Of a stretch of 64,000 nucleotides of DNA, positions 59,970 to 64,000 are shown piece after piece. The position numbers and the translations under genes are program-made. Each line of letters starts with the position of its first letter. The first letter of the stretch is position 1. Source of the DNA: Desulfobacterales bacterium (lineage in GTDB: Bacteria; Desulfobacterota; Desulfobacteria; Desulfobacterales; UBA2174); the NCBI GenBank assembly GCA_963668645.2, contig CAXXWC010000021.1, positions 768,001 to 832,000 of the forward strand, read 5' to 3'. The notes under the pieces are model-generated. The model saw only the letters and a program-made list of their open reading frames with translations, had not been told where the DNA came from and did not search any database.

Positions 59970-60460
59970 TCGTCCTCGGGGGCCCCCCAGATCGCCTGGA
60001 CTTTTTTTTGCAGCACCAGCAGGGCTGCCGCTTCGGCAAGGGCCTTGTCCTTGCGATGGAGTTCTTTTTCAAGATCCCTGATACGCTTACGGTGGGTATT
60101 CTGCTCGGCCTTGAGTTTAATGTTGGCCTGTCTGTCCCAGTCGTTGGCATCTTCACAGGCCCTGCGCCATTGTTCCAACTGATGTGGATAAATGCCTTTT
60201 TGTCTACAGTATTCGGCCGTTTGCTGTTCGTTCAAAGAGGCGCTTTCCATGACAGCCGCGAACTTGTCACGGGCATTCCAGCCCTCGGGACCGGCATCGC
60301 CGTCAGGCATCAAAATCCCTTTCGTCCGGGCTTGCTGGCGCCAATTGTATAACGTGGCTTCACTTATGCCTTCTTCGACAGCCAGATGTTTGATCGTTCG
60401 GTTGTGCGGCGGCATCATCTTTTTGAGAACCGCTTCCTTACGCTCTGGTGAATATCGCAT
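59966..60460 (-). CDS. IS3-family transposase OrfA
   Basis: HTH; A-AAA-AAG slippery site at ~60001-60009; ATGA overlap with orfB. Confidence 0.88.
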   Translation of the reverse strand: MRYSPERKEAVLKKMMPPHNRTIKHLAVEEGISEATLYNWRQQARTKGILMPDGDAGPEGWNARDKFAAVMESASLNEQQTAEYCRQKGIYPHQLEQWRRACEDANDWDRQANIKLKAEQNTHRKRIRDLEKELHRKDKALAEAAALLVLQKKVQAIWGAPEDE

Positions 60461-60548
60461 GCATGAACCTCCTGCGCCCCTCTTATAAAGGATCTCAGTT
60501 CATGCGACAACTATCCTGACACAGGGGGGGAGGGTTGTGCTTTCATTT

Positions 60549-61142
60549 TTAATCATCAATAAAATTAGGGTACAATTTTTTTATGCATTCAGGACAAATA
60601 CCATGACTGAATTCTGCATCGGAATGTTTCTTTATATAAACTTCTATCTGGTTCCAATATCCCTTATCGTCTCTAATTTTTTTGCACGAAGAACAAATTG
60701 GGAGCATGCCACGCAGTCGCTTTATTTCGGATTCATGTTCTCGCAAAACCAACCTTCTGGCCTCGACACTATCCGTAATGTCAATACAACTACCTATATA
60801 ACCGCCAAAATTCCCTTGTTCGTCCTCGAATGGCACTCCTCGATCGAATATCCAGCGATACTCTCCGTCATGCCGCCGGAGTCGGTATTCCATTTCAAAG
60901 ATTTCTCGTTTTTTGAAAGACGACAGGTATATTTCAAGACACATATTATAATCTTCTGAATGAATACCTTCTGCCCATCCATTACCAAGCTCCTGTTCCA
61001 TTCTTCGTCCAGTGAAATTCAACCACTGTTGGTTGAAATAATCACACTCAGTTGAGGTATTGGCTCTCCAGATCATAATAGGAGCCTGTTCGACAATGAC
61101 CATGTATTCATTATAAGATAGTTTTCTTTTCTTCATCTTCAT
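60549..61142 (-). CDS. PAS/PAC protein with C-terminal 4-Cys domain
   Basis: YFNQQWLNFTG..GWAEGIH..EYRLRRHDGEYRW; LPICSSCKKIRDDKGYW..FSHGICPEC. Confidence 0.85.
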   Translation of the reverse strand: MKMKKRKLSYNEYMVIVEQAPIMIWRANTSTECDYFNQQWLNFTGRRMEQELGNGWAEGIHSEDYNMCLEIYLSSFKKREIFEMEYRLRRHDGEYRWIFDRGVPFEDEQGNFGGYIGSCIDITDSVEARRLVLREHESEIKRLRGMLPICSSCKKIRDDKGYWNQIEVYIKKHSDAEFSHGICPECIKKLYPNFIDD

Positions 61143-61194
61143 CTTCCTCTTTCTGTTTGCAAGTTGATCTTGCCCCGAAAAAGTGGACACGAGG

Positions 61195-62058
61195 TTAAGC
61201 CGCAAGGAGGAAACCTTCATATTCTTGCGGGATTGCGTAATAAATCGATGAGTGGCGTCTTTTTCGGTTGTACAAAACCTCAATGTAATAAAACAGGCTT
61301 TGGATCGCTTCTGACCGGCTGTGGTACCGTTCGTGGTAAACCCACTCCATTTTGAGGCGGCCAAAGAAGCTTTCCGCCACGGCATTGTCATGGCAGTTGC
61401 CTTTGCGGCTCATGCCGCAGATCATGCCACGCTCTTTGAGAATCTTTTGATAATCGGCCGAAGCGTACTGGCTGCCGCGGTCCGTATGATGTAGCAGCCC
61501 TTGCTCCGGCTGCCGCTTACCAAGAGCCATTTCCAGAGCATCTATGGCCAGTTGCCGCGTCATTCGGCTGGCAGCGGACCAATCGAGGACTTCTCGGTTG
61601 TACAAATCCAACAGCACGGCCAGGTACAGCCAGCCCTCGTCGGTCCAGATGTAGGTTATGTCGCCGACCCATGCGGTGTCGGGAGCCTTTGCGTTGAAGT
61701 CCCGGTCAAGTAAATTCTGTGCAACTGGTAGATTATGCCGAGAGTTCGTCGTTGCCTTGAACTTCTTTCTCGTCCGAGATCGGATACCGGCATTTCGCAT
61801 GATACGGGCGACACGGTTTTTCTCGCAACGTACGCCGTCATCGTTCAGATCCTGGTGGATCCGCGGCGCTCCGTAGATACCGTGACTGTTTGCATGTGAG
61901 AGTCGGATTCGATTCTCCAGAACCCGGTTTTCACGGCTCCGGCGGCTCTCCGGACGCTTTTTCCAGGCATAGAAGCCGGATCGGGAGACGTTTAGCAACT
62001 TGCACATGCGGCCTACAGTGAACGTCTCCACGTGTTCAGAGATGAATCGAAATTTCAT
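61195..62058 (-). CDS. IS3-family transposase OrfB
   Basis: YGAPRI, WVGDITY, HTDRGSQY, GNCHDNAVAESFF. Confidence 0.93.
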   Translation of the reverse strand: MKFRFISEHVETFTVGRMCKLLNVSRSGFYAWKKRPESRRSRENRVLENRIRLSHANSHGIYGAPRIHQDLNDDGVRCEKNRVARIMRNAGIRSRTRKKFKATTNSRHNLPVAQNLLDRDFNAKAPDTAWVGDITYIWTDEGWLYLAVLLDLYNREVLDWSAASRMTRQLAIDALEMALGKRQPEQGLLHHTDRGSQYASADYQKILKERGMICGMSRKGNCHDNAVAESFFGRLKMEWVYHERYHSRSEAIQSLFYYIEVLYNRKRRHSSIYYAIPQEYEGFLLAA

Positions 62059-62354
62059 TTCTGATCCTCCGCAAAGTAGGCCAGCGCTTTTTTTAGGATG
62101 TCACGCTCCTGTTTGACGCGATCCAGCTCACGGCGGAGGTTACGCATTTCCTCGTCCGGAGCGGCAAGCTTTCCTTTACCAGGAAAAGCGTGCAGGGGTT
62201 CTTTAGCCAGTTCTGACTTCCAGCGTCGTAACACGCTGTATTCTATACCGAGATTCCGCGAGGCCTCAGCAATGCTGTATCCCTTTTGGGTAATCAGGTT
62301 CACAGCCTCGACCTTGAATTCTCGTGAGTAGTTCTTTCTCTTTTTCAGTGCCAT
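62055..62354 (-). CDS. IS3-family transposase OrfA
   Basis: YSREFKVEAV..ERDILKKALAYFA. Confidence 0.92.
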   Translation of the reverse strand: MALKKRKNYSREFKVEAVNLITQKGYSIAEASRNLGIEYSVLRRWKSELAKEPLHAFPGKGKLAAPDEEMRNLRRELDRVKQERDILKKALAYFAEDQK

Positions 62355-62427
62355 TGGAACACCTCCTGACGCCCGTATACATTGGGCTTTTCGGGGTGTC
62401 CACTAATTTGGGGGAAGATCACTTCCG

Positions 62428-62725
62428 ATGGGCGCGTACCAGGCGGTTCGCAATACTTACCGGGATATCGCCGGATAGCGGACCTTCCCCCATAGTTCTT
62501 TTCCAGATACAAGACACTTGACTGTTGCCTCACAAAGGAGAATATAGCTACGCTCAATGACTTGGCAGATCAGGTGCTCGGGGATCGATACTCGCCTGAC
62601 GAGATGGCGGGTGTCAACCAATAACAACTGCAGGCCCTGACTCCCGGCCCGGGGGCAACAGCTTTTAACAGAGGTCACACATAGGGGACTTACACCCTGT
62701 AAGTTCACGCCCATACCGGGCGGAC
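62428..62725 (-). mobile_element. Internally deleted group IIC intron remnant (no RT ORF)
   Basis: Minus strand starts GTCCGCCCGGTATGGGCGTG..GGGTGTAAGTCCC (IIC 5'-end-like) and ends in truncated domain V GAACCGCCTGGTACGCG. Confidence 0.55.
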
Positions 62726-62781
62726 ACCATGCGTCGGAAGCCGACGCAAAAGGGCCGCGCGGCTGAGGCATGGCCTTGGCT
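62726..62781 (+). other. Degenerate integron attC-like site
   Basis: Imperfect palindrome CCATGC..AGCCG-ACGCAAAAGGGCCGCG-CGGCT..GCATGG just before an isolated gene; GTTRRRY end degenerate. Confidence 0.5.
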
Positions 62782-62797
62782 TGAAAGGTGAATTTGG

Positions 62798-63457
62798 ATG
62801 GAACTGCCGCCAGACATGTATAACGTCATCATAGGGTTGAGCATTTTGGTCGGAGCCGTTCAGTGCTTTTTTGGCTACCGCATCTTCAAGATCATTCTCG
62901 GACTGACCGGATTCCTCCTTGGCGCGGCACTGGGAGGTGCCATCGGCTATTCCATTTGGCCGCAGGAAGTGGCCGCGTTGGCGGCCGGCCTGGTGGGCGG
63001 AATCATCGGCGCCGCAGTGCTCGTTGCGTTGTACTTCTTCGGCGTATTTTTGATTGGTGCCTTTCTGGGAGGAGTCCTCGGTCAAGTTTTCTTTGCCGTA
63101 GCCGAAAGCAACCCGCAACCCGCGGTCATGCTCATCGTTGCCGTCATCGTCGGCGTCGTCGCATTGTTCTTCCAAAAATTCATGATCATTGTGTCGACCG
63201 GTTTTGGGGGCGCATGGATCGTCGTCGTCGGCATCGCCTATTTTACTACAGGGGCAATCGATTTAACAAATCTGGAGAGAATGTACAGGTCCGGCGGAAG
63301 TCTCACGTACGCCATGCTGTTGTGCTGGATCGCACTGGGCATAATCGGAGTCATTGTGCAGTACAAATCCGCTCCGACCGAGGTAAAGAAAGCCCGCCCA
63401 TCGTCCGCCCCCGACAGGGAGAAACACACAGCGCTTCCGTCGGCAGGTGAACGCTAA
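62798..63457 (+). CDS. Multi-pass membrane protein (DUF4203/TMEM198-like)
   Basis: CFFGYRIFK..GFLLG, STGFGGA, several Gly-rich TM helices. Confidence 0.8.
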   Translation: MELPPDMYNVIIGLSILVGAVQCFFGYRIFKIILGLTGFLLGAALGGAIGYSIWPQEVAALAAGLVGGIIGAAVLVALYFFGVFLIGAFLGGVLGQVFFAVAESNPQPAVMLIVAVIVGVVALFFQKFMIIVSTGFGGAWIVVVGIAYFTTGAIDLTNLERMYRSGGSLTYAMLLCWIALGIIGVIVQYKSAPTEVKKARPSSAPDREKHTALPSAGER

Positions 63458-63519
63458 GAATGCCCTGCGGTCCGGTACGAAGCCGGAAGCCCAACCACCT
63501 ACCGGGACCGGACGATGAT

Positions 63520-64000
63520 ATGACCGACAACAAAACAGGGAAAAGCCTGCTGTCCATCCATGCCGCAGTACTGCTGTTCGGCACTGCCGGCCTGTTTGGA
63601 AAGCTCGTGGCCCAGCCTTCGACAGTCATCGTGTTCGGCCGGGTCCTGTTTGCCTCCCTGTTCCTGGTTGCCGTGTCGGGATACCGCAGGCACCCGATCC
63701 GTCTGAAAGCTCCTGCCGATTATGCGACCATGGCCGCTCTGGGCGGCCTGCTGGCCGTCCACTGGGTAGCCTTTTTCCAGTCCATCCAGATTGCTACCGT
63801 TGCCGTCGGCCTGCTGACTTTCTCCACCTTTCCTGTATTCGTCACATTTCTGGAACCGCTGCTATTCAAGGAACGCCTTCGGTGGGGAGATGCCGTGATC
63901 GCAGCCGTGACGCTCTTCGGGGTGTGGCTTGTCGTTCCGCAATTCGACGAGGCCAGCCGAATCGCCCGCGGCGCGCTGTGGGGTGTGGGCGCCGGCGCCT
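63520..64000 (+). CDS. DMT/EamA-family transporter (3' end runs off the window)
   Basis: Manual translation MTDNKTGKSLLSIHAAVLLFGTAGLFGKL..IVFGR..HWVAFFQSIQ..TFPVFVTFLEP. Confidence 0.85.
   Translation, partial: MTDNKTGKSLLSIHAAVLLFGTAGLFGKLVAQPSTVIVFGRVLFASLFLVAVSGYRRHPIRLKAPADYATMAALGGLLAVHWVAFFQSIQIATVAVGLLTFSTFPVFVTFLEPLLFKERLRWGDAVIAAVTLFGVWLVVPQFDEASRIARGALWGVGAGA

Larger units (their letters stand above)
58686..60521 (-). mobile_element. IS3-family element
   Basis: Imperfect IR TGTCA..TGTCGC at both ends; orfA/orfB pair; no TSD seen, so ends may extend a few bp. Confidence 0.8.
61165..62421 (-). mobile_element. IS3-family element
   Basis: 26-bp imperfect IR TGATCTT..GTGGACAC (22/26) with TG..CA ends; no TSD visible. 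Confidence 0.9.

Noticed and set aside
61143..61391. N-terminal extension of the PAS ORF given in the track
   Set aside because: It lies mostly inside the IS3 element in an alternative frame; an RBS-supported ATG is at 61142.

Overview
Bacterial chromosomal window, inferred to be from a sulfate-reducer-like deltaproteobacterium (Desulfobacterota) from gene content and the tmRNA tag. It has four parts. (1) 1-9.6 kb is a minus-strand gas-vesicle operon: two gvpA, a GvpC-like repeat protein, gvpN, a GvpV-like gene and two gvpF/L. It also encodes Hsp20 and a Cdc48/p97-type double-AAA ATPase, starts from a sigma54-type promoter, and is preceded (9.8-17 kb) by an NtrC-family activator and several kinases and regulators. 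(2) The tmRNA gene (17875-18228) carries a ~13.9 kb filamentous-phage (inovirus)-like prophage bounded by a 27-bp direct repeat. The prophage encodes a tyrosine integrase, Rep, repressor, SSB, pIII/pVI/Zot/secretin homologues, six small membrane proteins in a non-Ff order, and an AT-rich AAA-ATPase + DUF3226/TOPRIM-like pair that looks like an anti-phage system. (3) 32-51.7 kb holds a PocR/PAS two-component cluster, an orphan leuB, a MacAB-TolC-type pump, a nonsense-split serine hydrolase and a giant kinase-AAA-GAF-HK-REC sensor. (4) 51.8-62.8 kb is an insertion-sequence cluster: an IS66, an unusual -1-frameshifted DDE element with 8-bp TSD, two IS3-family elements, and a group IIC intron remnant next to a degenerate attC site. 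All family calls come from reading motifs by eye; no searches were run.
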